A stretch of DNA of 64,000 bases. Origin: Camelus ferus (lineage: Eukaryota). The DNA lies in the NCBI RefSeq assembly GCF_009834535.1, contig NC_045697.1:111788001-111852000 (forward strand). Direction: 5' to 3'. This document shows positions 25,136-38,250 of this stretch, in pieces. Under the pieces are notes generated by a model, which was not told where the DNA came from, ran no database searches, and was given only the letters and a program-made list of their open reading frames with translations. The position numbers were made by a program, and so were the translations under genes. Position 1 is the stretch's first letter. Every line of letters starts with the position of its first letter.

Positions 25136-27551
25136 TGATGGAAAATCTGCACATACTGAGACATGGGGGAACCATTCTGGCTGATATATGATTTAATTTA
25201 AACTTTAACCAAAACAGTTTGTTTGTGGCCAATTAAACATGCATTGTACATCTGCTTTAACCATTTAAAGAAAAAGTACATTTAAAAATTAAAGCAGAGT
25301 AACTGTGGCTAAAACATTCAAAATAGAGCTGGATGGCCACTGTGGACGAGGTCTCACACACTTTCCTGGTGTTACCGAGAATCTGAATTTCTCAGCTACA
25401 GCACATTTAAGGACACCACCAACTGTTCTCAGAACAGTATCTGCTAGCAACTGCCAACTGCAACCTTATGGCCACAAGGTACCTATAAAATCAGAAGTGA
25501 CACCCAAACAATGGTCCACCCTACCAGCCTCGGAAGGCCAGAGACTCACCTGGGAGACTTACTGTCCCCCAAGACTATGGGATAAGTGGCAACTGGAACC
25601 TTCATTTTTGCGCCCTGAGTAATTCAGTTCCCTGAATTAGTTAAAAGCAGCTATACCCAGTGGTACTGTTGGTTGAAACAGGAAATACAGTTCAAAAACA
25701 ATGCATACTCCCCATGGGGAGCCCCTGGCTTCTGTTAGGTAAGACTGAACCCCAAATCTGGATGCCAGTCAGTGCTCAGCTCCACCCTGAAAAGCAGTAT
25801 TTGGTTGTACCCTAAACACAGTAGGGCTCAGAGGACACTCCAGCCTGGCCCATCGTGGAGACTCCAGTACGAAACGCTATCTGGTGATGGGGAAAGAACA
25901 GTTATGCTAGGAAGGCAGGCTCAGTGAAACCGTGGTGCTCTCTGACTTATAAAAATAAAACTGTTAATGTCAGAAGGACAAGAATCTGCTACAGCACTCA
26001 GCCCACGGGAAACCTTTTTTGTTCCAAGTGAGTAAGACTTTTAACAGCCTAGATGCTGAAAGACAAGCTATTTCTAGAAACCAGTTTGTCTCTACTTCTG
26101 GAAATCAGTCTAATGGAGGCTCAATGGCCAGAAAAACACTTCAGGTTGTTAGTCCAAGAAACACCACCACTGTTCAGAAATAACACAAGAAATACCACTT
26201 GTTTACAGTAAATCAAGGGGGAAAGCATGTAACTGGCCTCACTAAAGAGCACGACAGTGCTGGCAGGGGACCTTCTGGGTGGCTGTGTTCTGACTCGAGG
26301 AGCCGTGTCAGTGGGACCTGAACTTAGGATTCTTGTCTTCTGTGTAGTTGCCCTGGTTTGTAGAGCTAGGTGTAAATGTTGTATAGGATATAGACAAGGC
26401 CTGTTTTACCAAAGAAATCCCAGGAGATTTCAAACATCTATGTGGCCCAGCCCCGGCCTCATCCAAGCCAGGTAGTTAGAGACTTGTCTGCTTCCTGTCA
26501 GGTAGCACCCAGGCCCTAAGTCAGCCTTGATGCCACTGCAGAAGACCCACCTGCGGCCTCCAACGATCCCTTAAGAATGAGGGGACATAGAGACACATAG
26601 TGTAAGATACCACTTACATGTGGAATCTAAAAACATACAGCAAACTAGTGAATATAACAGAAAAGAAACAGACTCACAGATGTAGAGAAGAAACTAGTGG
26701 TTACCAGTGGGGAGAGGGAAGGGGGGGGCAAGATGGAGGTGGAGGATTGAGGGGTACAGAGTATCAGGTGTAAAATAAGCCTCAAGGCTGTGCTGTACAA
26801 CATGGGGAACACAGCCAATATTTCATAATAACTACAAATGGGGTATAACCTTTAAAACTTGTGAATTACTACACTGTATACCTGTAACATATAATGTCGT
26901 ACATCAGCTATACTTCAATTTAAAAATATGATATTGTAAAATAAATACATAAATACAGTTTAAGAATGAAAACAAAAATGACGGGACATAAAGTCTGTGG
27001 GGAAAGAGACAGGAAGTCAGAGCACAGCCGTTTTGGAAAAGGACCCCAGATGGTCTTGGAAAAACCCACTTTGCAGGCTAAAAATCAAAAGCCCTGGGGC
27101 ATGAGTCCCAGAAGAAGAAAAAAGGATTAAAAGATTAACCTTATCTCAGTTACACTCAGGAGTGTACCTAACTGCCGCAAGACCAGAAGCTCAACTGCAA
27201 CTTCTAACCTTGTCTGCTCCTGTGTTTTCTTGGAGAACGTTCTGACGCATTCCTTTCCCCTCCCAGAAGTGCTCCCTGGTCCTGATGGTCTGCAGGAGCC
27301 ACCTACTGCTGAGCAAAGAGCTTTGATTATTTCTGGAAATGATCACTGATCATGAGACAGCCCCCACCCATTTTGTTATAAAACCAACTCTTACCCCTTC
27401 TCCTACCAGAGTAGACACGCTTTCCCTGCCTTCTCCCTTGTGCAGAAGTGATCACTTATAATAAAAACCTTTGCTTGTCTAAGAGTCTTGTGGAAATGAT
27501 ATTCATTTTTATGGCATTGCTCTCCAAGAATCTGGAAAGGGTCCAGTAACA
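25136..27551 (+). mobile_element. LTR-like sequences (one or more elements) interrupted by an L1 end
   Basis: TG starts at 25136 and 26996, TATAAAA (~27377), AATAAA (~27460), ...agtaaca end at 27551. Internal boundaries are uncertain. Confidence 0.45.
26590..26976 (+). mobile_element. 5'-truncated L1 3' end with TSD
   Basis: L1 3' UTR motifs (tggaatctaaaa, gtggttaccag, tatacttcaattt); TSD aatgaggggacata (26576-26589) / aatgacgggacata (26977-26990). Confidence 0.8.
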
Positions 27552-28821
27552 ACTCCATTTTGGAAGGTGTCTATCTGATGCTATAAAAACATTAGATAAT
27601 TATCTTAAGTGGTAACCACGGTATTAGACACCTTCATTGAAAAATATCTTCCAGGTGACACATAAGGACATCTTCACAGATGAATCTTCAGATGCCAGGG
27701 GTTGGCTTCCACGTCCCTCTCCCCTCCTCTTTGAGCTTCCCTTCCATGTCGGGGATCTCTGATCCTTGAGGATCCGTCTCCTGTTTCTCACAGCTGATTC
27801 ACATCTGCCCGGCTCTCCTCCCATTCCAACCCCCTTGCCTCCCCCGCCAACTCCACTAACCTCCCCAAATCTCCCAGGTTGAGACTGAAGGGAGATGGAG
27901 GCAGCAGAGGGTCCATGTGCTCGGATGCTGGGGGGCAGCGTCCAGGCCTGGTCTCAGAGCCGGGGCCATTCAGGGCGCTTCCTGGGTCCCCCACCCTTTC
28001 AGGGACACAGGGAAGATGGGGAACTGTCCTCATCTTCCCTCTCATTTGTGTGTGGGCCTAAGTACAGATATGACAAGGCCTCCTGGAATAGTTTGGTTTT
28101 GAACAGCAAGAAACTGGTGTGACACAGAATTTCAGGGTGTTTGTATTACTTCTGGTCCTCATTTGGGTTGCTGAATTATAGATTTCCTGACTATTCTCAA
28201 CACAGTTCTCAAAACTACATTAACAGTCAACAAAATCATGTTGAATTCCCTGGAAGACCTAAAATCCAGTGTGATTATCACCAAAAGAAATTCCAGGAAG
28301 TTGATTACAACATAAAAGGAAACTGTGTGTATATGTCCTTATGAAAAAGCCAGCAAGTATTTCTGTTCCATAAAGTAACCACACATGTAGGTACATAAAA
28401 CCTTAAGTAGTGAGTCCACATATTGAGAAAGAAAATAGAACAGCAGTGAGCACGGTGCCTGGCACAAGGGCTCCCCAGGCAGGAGGCCCTGGGAGTGGCC
28501 CACGGCTCCCGCAGGTGTGGTCCAGGTGAGAGGCAGAGGTCAGGCCACAACCACACCCACAGCTGGAGCTTCCCTCCCCCAACCCAGTCCTCCTCTGCAC
28601 ACAGGGAATCACCCACTCAGCTGGCAGGAGTCTGTTGTTAACGAATCCAGTAAGCACCTCCCACCCTCAGACCTCCCAGGCCACCCCAGCTTGGCCGGCA
28701 TCCCCCAACCCCTACCATGGTGGGATCACCCAGCACCCAGGGCAGCTCGGTTGTCCCGACTCAGGCCCCCAGGGGATTCCGTCCCCGCCCCCCCCCACCC
28801 CGGAACTTGAGTTGCTCTCAC

Positions 28822-29190
28822 CTGCCCAGCTCCTGGGTCCTGGCTCTGTGTTGGGGGAGCTGCTCTGTGTCCTTAAGGCCCGGGCGCAGTCTCCACCCAC
28901 CCCACCAGGACTCTGGGCTCCTCTCTTCCTCTCAGAGCAGATGACCTTCCTCGATGCAGGTCTGAGCACCCGACAAAGCCAGCGTTCTCAGTTCACACTG
29001 GGGCCAGAGTGTGGCCCCTTGGGCTTTATAAGCCTGGAGGGAGGGTCCTCTCCTTCACTCCCATTGGACAGAGCTCGGATGCAATCAGCCTTGGGAACCT
29101 CTCATCTTCGTCTCTGATTGCATCTTCTGTCCGTGGATGCTGGGGGACACGCCTACCTTAATCCCCTCTAGCTAATTCCATCAGAGATCT
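28822..29190 (-). promoter_or_regulatory. Putative TATA promoter and non-coding exon 1 of the intact TRIM60-like gene
   Basis: Minus-strand TATAAA at 29025-29030, CCAAT at 29063-29067, donor CAG|GTGAGA at 28822. The same block sits directly upstream of both paralog copies (TATA near 38090 and 46364). Confidence 0.6.
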
Positions 29191-30084
29191 AGTTTATGAC
29201 ACCATCCAATACTTTGGAAAGTCCTGGCTTTGCTTCTCTCCAGTGAAATTGCTCAGCAGTCTTGGCCTGTCCCTTCAGAGCTTGTTGGAATTCCATCTGC
29301 CCCTGGAAAGAGGTGTTTCTGGAGTCTGGCCTCATCTCTGCTTTGTGCATTTCCAAGGGCTTTCTGCAGTTGTCCACGTGGCAGACCCCCAGGCAGCAGA
29401 CAAGCTCTCAGGAGCAGCCCCTCCCCTTCAGATGGTGGGGGCTCTTGGGGGTGCTGGAGCGGGTTGGGGAGGGACTGTGCCAGGGAGTCGCCAGCACAGG
29501 CAGCAGAGCAGGAGGCCCTGGATGCAGTGAATCAGAAGTTTGCCTTGAGGAGGCCTTGAATGTAGTTTTAGGAAGTCCCACTGGTGACGCTGACGTTCTG
29601 TGGGTTCCTCAGTAATCCTGAGTGTCCGCCTCCGGATCTGACCCTTCTCAAATCTCTGTGTTCCTAGAAGACTAAGTTACTGTATTAGGACCGCCTCCAT
29701 GGCGTCCCCTCCCTGACAGCCCAGTCCCTCCTGTGTCACCATCACACCTGTGGAGCGCTCCTGTCCGTGCACTCTGACCCTCAGCGTGGGACCCGAGGAT
29801 CCCAGCACCTTCCCCACAGGCGGGCAGCTGTGGTCCCCGCGGAGGGCGATGGGCCCAGAGGGAAGGTTCCCCTGGTGTCCGCGAGGACAGCCATCCACTC
29901 CGAGGACAGCAGGAAGGTTTTCTCACTCAGGAGCACACAGGCCTGCACTCCAGAGCCATCCTGCTTAAAAGTGTTTCAGGGAACAATGAGATGGTGCCGA
30001 TGCCAGAAAAGTCTCCCCGGGTGGAAGTGCCACGTGGTGGCCTCCTCGCCTGCTTTCCCTTTCTAGACGAATCCACCTAATGAA

Positions 30085-30760
30085 ATTTTTTTAATTTTAA
30101 TTTTATAATATTTCAGATGTACAGCAAAGTGATTCAGTTTTATATATATAGATAAAATGTATTCTTATATATATATATATATATAATGTATTCTTTTTCA
30201 GATTCTTTTCCACTCGAGGTTATCATGTTATACTGAGTATAGTTCCCTGTGCTATATAGTAGGTCCCCCTTGATTATCTATTTTATATATAGTAGTTAGT
30301 ATCTACAACTCTTTAACTCCCAATTTATCCCTCCCCACCCCCTTTCCCCACTGGTAGCCATAAATTTGTTTTCCATGTCTGTGATTCTGTTCAAAAGGTA
30401 TTTTTTAAATGACACCCAGAGTGGCAGAGTTTGAACAGACACTCACATCCTGCTGCTGGGGCTGTACATTGGTACAGGAGTTCTGTAGGGTAAAAGCCCT
30501 TCAGGTTTTCCTTCGGTTTGCATCAGAAATTCCATTTCTAGAAATTTTACCTTTTAATCCAAATTGTACATGATTCCTCCTCCCCCTTTCCTCTTAGGCA
30601 ACTATAATTTCCTTTTCTATTTCTGTCAGATTGTTTCTGTTTTGTAAATAATTTCCTTTGTATCATGTTTTTTTAGGTTCCACTTGTAAGTCATATCATA
30701 AAATATTTGTCTTTCTCTGTCTGACTTACTTGACTTAGTATGATAATCTGTAGGTTCAAG
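30085..30760 (-). mobile_element. L1 3' fragments
   Basis: tttcagatgtacagcaaagtgattcag, agttccctgtgctata, tttgtctttctctgtctgacttact; includes a (TA)n run at ~30167-30185. Confidence 0.75.
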
Positions 30761-31033
30761 AAAAAAAATCCAGCAGAATTCCTAGGTCTGGTATCTGTGA
30801 CTATATTTTAATGATGTGATGTTATGTAAAGAAATAGATTGAACTCCTGATTCACACTTACTAGCTGTGTGGCCATGGCCTTGGCCTAGAGGGGGTGCTC
30901 AACACACCACTGTTCTTGCCAGGCTAGAGCTCTGTCTCCAGTACTGGCATCACCCCACACCCTTAATTTCCCAGCTGTCCTGAAGACAGCTGCTCTGACC
31001 TTAAATCTCTACCTTTTTGGCCAGGTCTCATTT

Positions 31034-31176
31034 TATTTTTATGATACATTTTATTGGCGAGGGGAGGTTATTAGGTTTATTTATTTATTTATTTTTAGAG
31101 GCGGTACTGCGGATTGAACCCAGGACCTTGTGCATCCTGAGCGCAGACTGTACCAGTTGAGCTGTGTCCTCCCCAC
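31034..31176 (-). mobile_element. tRNA-derived SINE with TSD
   Basis: Reverse B-box gattgaacccaggacc; TSD ccaggtctcattt (31021) / ccaggtctcactt (31177). Confidence 0.85.
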
Positions 31177-31639
31177 CCAGGTCTCACTTTAGATAAGGAG
31201 TACTCTCTTTCATCACTAGAGTGTAGGCAGTGACTGTCAGAGTATTTGAAGCACTTTCAAACACACTTAGAACATGTTACTGTACCTGCACGGCCATTCG
31301 TGGACCTACAGGTATCTGGGTGCAAGAACAGAATACCCCAGGGACCAGGAAGAGTTTTGTGAAGCTTATTCAATGGTTGAGTTCCCTAGTCCCCATCTGA
31401 AGCACTAGAAAAAAAGGGAGACTATCTAAGATGCCCCAGTAAAACTGCACTAAGAAAAGTGCCTCCAGTGAGGAACACAGGTGTCTTCAGAAGAAGTCCA
31501 GTTTCCGGTTTCTGCGTGGTGTGCGTGATCGATGTTGCAAAGGAGACTCAAACAAAGATCAGTGGGTTCCTATCCCAAACCCAGGAGCATGGAATCTTAG
31601 ATATTTCTGTTGACATTTTTCCACAAGGGCTGGTGGGAC

Positions 31640-32060
31640 AGGGATGCTGGGAGGCCCCAAGGAAAGCTACTGTACTAGGACAGATGAGAAATGCTGTGGA
31701 CCTGACCTGGGCTGAAGTGAGTGGATTCCACAGTGGACATATACAAATGGGTGACTGACTGGCTATAAAGAGGGAGCCAGTGGAAGGAGGCTCCTGGCTC
31801 ATGGCTTGGATGTTTGGGTGATTTGAGCTGCCCGTTCAGAGATACGAAAGGCCACGGAAGAGTAGTCTGGGAAGAAACTGAAGGTAAATATTGGTCACAT
31901 TGGGCTATCACATTGGATTTCACCGAGAGAGCCAGGCAAAGGAGCTCAGTACACAGAGATCCTGACATTTACTGGTCAGGTCATGGCAAGAGGTAGTGGG
32001 TGGGAATCTCAGTGCAGAATTAAGTAAGCCGCCAGAGTAGATCAAATCCCAAAAGGGCTT
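31640..32060 (+). mobile_element. L2 fragment
   Basis: Degenerate L2 3' motifs (tggcttggatg..tgggtga...ttcagagata, ttggtcacattgg, gagagccagg). Confidence 0.5.
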
Positions 32061-33261
32061 TTTGACACAAGAGAGCAAGGCACATGGCCCTTTGAAATAC
32101 GCTGAGATCACCTAATTGACAAAGGGTCTTGAAATGGTGATCCCTCAACCAGAAAAATGAACCAGTGTGTTATACATGAATCTATCCTCAGTGCTTTCAA
32201 GGACGTTACACAAGCACACATGCACACACACACACACACACAATTTTCTGGTTCAATCTTAAGGGAATGATAATCAAGATGTTACATAATTTTGTGAAAA
32301 AACAGCAACAACAAAAAAACCCCTAAGCATTGTAAGCAGGTCATTGGTTTGAATCAACCACTTACAAGGTGATTGAGTTCATGGCTGGCTGTAATATTAA
32401 CGCCATGACAATTAAGTAATTTAATACAAGCAAAGTACATAAAACAGTGCCTGGAACTTGGAAAGAACAAAGTACAGATCAACTAATTCTATTTCAAGCA
32501 ATGATCTTTCTCTCATCTGTAACATGGGAGGGAAACTAGACGCAGTGGAGAAGGCAAAGACGCAGAAGCCTGGTTATTTTACCCACTGCACTGCATTCCG
32601 AAAACAGCTATTCCCACAGTAAGCATACCTTCTGAACCCAGAGACTTAAAGAATCTTTTCCTTTGTCTCCTCTCTTCTCAACAAGAAGCCGTTTGTCATT
32701 TGCTTGCATCCCTTTCTAAGTGTCTCCAGATGTGGGTGATTCCCTGCCTTCCTTCCCTAGCTCTCTTCTCAGTTGGCATCTTTGGTTCTTCGGTCCAAGG
32801 CTCCCAGGCAGAATAGGGTCCACCGCACAGTTACAGCCCCCATCACACAGCCTTGGGGGAGCAGCGTGGGCGGGGCAGCAGGTCCAGTCTTCCTTGCGTG
32901 CCTGAGAGCAAACCTCTCAGTTGGGAGACTGAGAATTCTGACATGTTCTGCCTGTTGCTCCTGGTAACTTGATTCACAAGAGGTTGAAGACTGTCAGATG
33001 TGCATTTCTAACCCTGCCTGCTTCCTGATCTCCTAACAAGGCATCTCATTTAGTTACTCATGTATCAGACTTTTTATGAGCTCTAATTGCAGGTGGGGCA
33101 TTGAACGAGAACCCTGGATGCACAGATTCCATCTGGAATCCCCACCACTAGAGAACTAACAGTCCAGAAAATGGAGAGAGACACGAACTACATGGTTTAA
33201 GGATTTCCTCCATCTGGATGGCTGTCCATTCAAGGAAGAAGATGAACGTTTTTCTTTTACC

Positions 33262-33407
33262 TTTTTTTTTAAAATTGTTTTTGTTGTATAAGGGGGAGGT
33301 AATTGGATTTATTTACTTGTTTATATTTACAGGAGGTAGTGGGGATTGATCCCAGGACCCCGTGCATGTTAAGCATGCACTCTACCACTTAAGCTAAACC
33401 CTCCCCC
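33262..33407 (-). mobile_element. tRNA-derived SINE (duplicated at 41551-41695)
   Basis: ggggattgatcccaggacccc...ctctaccacttaagcta..ccctccccc. Confidence 0.85.
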
Positions 33408-33534
33408 TAAATTTTTTTTTTTAATCAGCAACTGCATGAAATGGTTTCTAGCAATTTCCTGGTGAATGCCAAATAGACTTAGGTGTTTTGAAATTTTTAA
33501 AGTTATATTAAATTTTAGTAAAAATTTAGCATAG

Positions 33535-35085
33535 CCCAAAAAATCCTATGGACCCACAGAAGAACCAGAATTGCCAAAACAATCTTGAGGAAAAAGAATG
33601 AAGCTGGAGGGACAACCCATCTAGACTTCAGATGATTCTACAGAGCTACAGTAATCACCACAGGGGAGTATTGGCACAAAAGCAGACATACTGATCAATG
33701 GAACACAACAGAGAGCCCAAAAAGAAACTTGCACACCTACAGGTTTTTAATCCTGGACAAAGGAGACAAGAGGAAAAGCTTAAGGCTGCATACCATTCAA
33801 TTAAGTTAGAACACTCTAACACCATTCAGGAACATGAACTCAAAATGGCTTAAAGGCTTAAATATAAGACATGACACCATAAAACTAGCAGAGAACACAG
33901 GCAAAACATTCTCTCACATAAATCATAGCATTATTTTCTTAGGGCAGTCTCCCAAGGCAGAAGAAATAAAAGCAAAAATAAACAAATTGGACCTAATCAA
34001 ACTTCATGCTTTTGCACAATGAAGGAAACAATAAACAAAACCAAAGGACAACCTATAGATTGAGTGAAAATATTTGCAAATGATGCAACTGACAAGGGCT
34101 TAATTTCCAAAAAATAGAAACAGATGGTAAAACTCAATTTAAAAAGTAATTTAAAAATGGGCAGAAGATGTAAATAGGCACATCTCCAAAGGAGACATCC
34201 AAATGGCCATCAGGCACATGAAATATGATCAACATTGTTAATTACTGGAGAAATGGAAATGAGGTATCTCCTCACACCTGTCAGACAGCCATAATCAAAA
34301 TGTCAACAAATAATAAATGCTGGAGAGGATGTGGAGAAAAGGGCACCCTCCTACACTTTTGGTGGGAATGTAAATTGATGCAGCCACTATGGAAAACAGT
34401 ATGGGGCTCCTTTAAAAAACTAAAAATAGAGTTACCATGTGATCCAGTAATCTCAGTCCTAGGCATATATCCAGAAAAGACGAAAACTCTAACTAGAAAA
34501 GGTACATGCACCCGATGTTCACAGCAATACTATTTCTAATAGCCAAGATGTGGAAGCAACGTAAATGTCCATCAAGTGATGACTAGATGAGGAAGATACA
34601 GCATATATCTATATCTGCAACAGAATATTACTCAGCCAAAAATAAGAAAGAAAAAATGCAATTTGTAGGAACATGGAAGACCCTAGAGATTATTATACTA
34701 AGTGAAGTCAGACAGAGAAAGACAAATACTATTTATCACTTATATGTAGAATCTAAAAAATAGTAAAAATGAACTTATTAGCAAACCAGAAACAGATTCA
34801 TGGACGTAGAAAACAATTTTATAGTTACCAAAGTGGAAGGAAGGGGAGAGAGAGATTTGGAGTATAAGATTAACTGCTATGTACTATCATTTATAAAGTA
34901 GATAAACAACAAGGCTTTACTGTGTAGTACCAGAAACTACATTCAATATCTTGTAAGAGACTATAACGGAAATAATTAAAGAAGGAATATATATATATAT
35001 ATGTATATCACTGAATCACTTTGATGTACAACTAAAACTAACACAAAATTGTAAATCAACTATACTTCAATTTACAAAAAGACAA
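33535..35085 (+). mobile_element. L1 ORF2 C-terminal part and 3' UTR (duplicated at ~41822-43360)
   Basis: ORF2-like peptides NSKWLKGLNIR..TIKL and [30 protein letters not shown], followed by a typical 3' UTR; disrupted. Confidence 0.9.
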
Positions 35086-35769
35086 ATTAGATATTTTATG
35101 GTAGAAATTTGGCAAGAACCAGTACCATGAAACATTTATTTTTTTTTTAAATATTAAAATGTCAAGGAATTTATAATAGATTCCCAAACCTTTCCTGGGA
35201 GAAAAGAGGAACCACAAACACAGTATTATAATTTTAGAAAATAAAGTCTAAAACTAGCTGTATCATGGTAGTTGAAAAACACACAAAAATATACCCTGCC
35301 TCCTGGGACCCAAATACCTAAAAACCTAGGTACACTATTCTAAGGAGTGTTCTGGTCAACCCACTGAGGCAAAACCCAAGTTCTCAAAATGTACCTCTGT
35401 ATCAAGACTGCTAATGCCACAAACATACTGAAAGGGAAAGAGATGGTTATTATCTCTCACAAAGACTTTGTGTGCAGTCAGGACGGCCACCAAACCAAGG
35501 ATGTCTTGAGAAGGGAGAAATGTCATGAGCTTGGGGAGTTAGTGCAGAGGGAGTTCCTCTGCAGAAGAGCCTTCCTGGGTGAGAACCGCCTTGCTCAGCC
35601 AAGGCTGTCTTAACAGCTTGCCCAGATGTGGGGCAGAGGGGAGGCCCGAGGTTGAGGGTGAAAAGACATCAGCAGTCAGACATCAAAGATGGACTCAGGC
35701 TCTTTATTTCAAGGACTTGCCAAGAACACAGGAAGAACGTGGATCATACGGAAAGTCTCCCAAGGTGGC

Positions 35770-37158
35770 TCAGCGCTCATCTTCAACTATACTTATTGTA
35801 AGTGATTTAGAAAAAGGTCTATTGAGAAATAGGGCATAAGTTTTTATGTAAAAATTTCACTGAATGTATATAAATGTGATTGATCATTCAAATTGTAAAA
35901 TGAAATTTCTCCCAAATCATAGTCCAGAAAAACGCCCAATCCAACAGGCATTTCCTGAAACCCGTGTGTCATGTGTGGTTGCCCAGAGCTGAATTTGCCA
36001 GCAGCCATTGCTTGGGGAAGGTGACACAAGAGAATTTCTAGGGAAAGATTCTTTACACACCCCTAAGGACCATTCCCCACTGCCTCTGCCTTCTACCTGC
36101 CAAAAATGCCTGCCAGCATCAAAACCCTCCGAACTCAGGACAGCGGGCTAAGAGGTAAACACTTGGGAGGATGAACACAGTTTGGTTCCATCCTTTGAAA
36201 GGTTGCAGTTTTCTGATCTTGTGAAATTCGGAGGCTCTGGTGAGCAGTTTCAGGCTCCAGCGTCAAATGCACATGAAAGTTGCTAATCATTTTGTGCAAG
36301 CCAAAATACTGTGGGGGGAGAGTGAAAACCTCCTTCTTCACTTCAGACCAAAAGGCTGCTGGGCTCTCTAAATTTTCATAGCTTCTGTGGATTCTTTCAA
36401 TGCCTGTGAGTAAATCCAGGTCAGTCTGGGAACACTTGTTGGTTATTTCATAAAGCAGACTTTTCAACGTGGATCCGTGGTCTGATATTTGGATTTTTTT
36501 TCCCAGTTATTTTGTCTACAACACTCTTTTCTTCATTTAGCAGCTTAACATGAATTTCGTCATGCTCTGTTCCCAAGAAACGCTTTAAAGTGTTCAACTT
36601 CAGAGTGCAGTTTGCTCCTTTGATTCTCCATGTTGGACACCAACTCAAATGACTTGGAGACTTGCATTTCTAAGCCCTTTTCAGCAGCTTCCAGCTGCTC
36701 TGTCAGGGGCTCCAGGTAGCCCTTGAGCCTCCTCCTGTGACACACTGCAGCTTGCTCCACGGGCACCAGGGGGTGGTGGCGGTGCTCAGAGGAGAGCCTG
36801 CACTGGGGACACAGCAGCTCCAGGTTCCTCCTCACAGAACAGGCTCAGGGCCTGACTGTGCTTCTCACACAGGGGGGCCTCCCCCTGCCGGCCCCTCTTG
36901 GCCCTCGTGCTGGGAAGCTGCCTCACAGCGTCAGCCAGGTGGCTTAACTGGGCTGTTCCTCCTGCAGCTGCGCTCAGGGCAGGGCTGCAGGCAGAGCGGG
37001 CAGGGGAAGAGGTCCCGGAGCCCCTCCCAGCGCTGCTGGAGGCAGGCGTGACAGAAGTTGTGCCCACAGCCCGTGGTCACCGGGTCCGTCAGGCAGTCCA
37101 GGCAGATGGGGCAGCTGGCCTCCGCGTGCAGCTGTGCCAGGGAGGCCGCCAGGGCCAT
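35770..37158 (-). pseudogene. TRIM60-like paralog, copy A: SPRY disrupted; other frameshifts probably sequencing errors
   Basis: Colinear with 17461-18846; 1389 nt vs 1386. Five private 1-nt insertions (~35937, ~36500, ~36585, ~36825, ~36950), plus two 1-nt deletions and two nonsense codons shared with copy B. Confidence 0.88.
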
Positions 37159-37884
37159 CGTGCCGGGAGGGGTCCTGTCAGGGGAGACGCCCTCAGAAAG
37201 CCCGGCTCTCCAGGGGCTGGGACAGGGACAAGCTTCCGACCCGTCACCTTCTCTCTGGCCTTCACGCCCGCCCGTGGGTCTCCCAGGACCCAGGGAGCTG
37301 TGTGCAGTGGGGCCGAGTCCTGCCCCTTCCTTCACCTCCACAGCCGCAGCCGCAGGGCCCGGAGCCCCAGGAGCCTCCGCTGCCTTGGGCACCTTGGTCC
37401 CTTTCACTCGGTGGCCGGAAATCGAGGCCTGAGAGGTCGTCCTCTCCTTCAGGGACAGCCCAGCTCCAGGTGGCCGTGAGGATCCCCAGCGTGGGCCAGT
37501 CAGCACATCCAGACGTGGGCCAGTCTCCGCACAGCTCAGCAGCTCCTTCCAGAAAATGCTAACACGGGGGAAAGAACACGCATTAAGGAGATAAACACCA
37601 TGTACATAATAGGCAGTGTTTTACCAGTTTTTTCCTGGATTCAAACACATACATTTCCAAACAGAAAGGAATTGTAGTCAGTTAGGACAGCAGAGCCTGG
37701 TAATGGTTAATTAATGTGATTTAGTTAATACAGAGACTTAATACTAGAGAGATACAGAGTATAGTATTTACAAAAAAAAGGAAAAACCCTGTGATACGAA
37801 GAACACACTTCACACAGCGACGAGGAGCCCAGTTGTCCCCACTCAGGCCCCGGGGGATTCCGTCCCCACGCGGAGTCTGCACTT

Positions 37885-38250
37885 GCCTGCCCAGCTCCCG
37901 GGTCCTGGCTCTGTGCTGGGGGAGCTGCGCTGTGTCCTCAAGGCCCCGGCGTGCCTTCCACTCCCCACACTGGGACTCTGGTCTCCTCTCTTCCTCTCAG
38001 AGCAGATGACCTTCCTCCATGCAGTCTGAGCACTCGACACAGCCCGGGTTCTCAGTTCACTACTGGGGCCAGAATGTGTCCCCTTGGGCTTTATAAATGC
38101 CTGGAGGGAGGGTCCTCTCCTTCACTCCCATTGGACAGAGCTCGGATGCAGTCAGCCTTGGGAACCTCCCATCCTCCTCTGATTGCATCTTCTATCCAGT
38201 GTAGGATAAGACACACCCACCTTAATCCCCTCTAGCTAATTCCATCAGAG
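37885..38250 (-). promoter_or_regulatory. Paralogous TATA promoter/exon 1 for copy A (repeated at ~46160-46525 for copy B)
   Basis: Homologous to 28822-29190; TATAAA and CCAAT retained; donor reads CAG|GCAAGT. Confidence 0.55.

Noticed and set aside
31760..31890. TATAAA plus AAG|GTAAAT resembling a promoter and first exon
   Set aside because: Lies within a degenerate L2 fragment; no downstream exon support.
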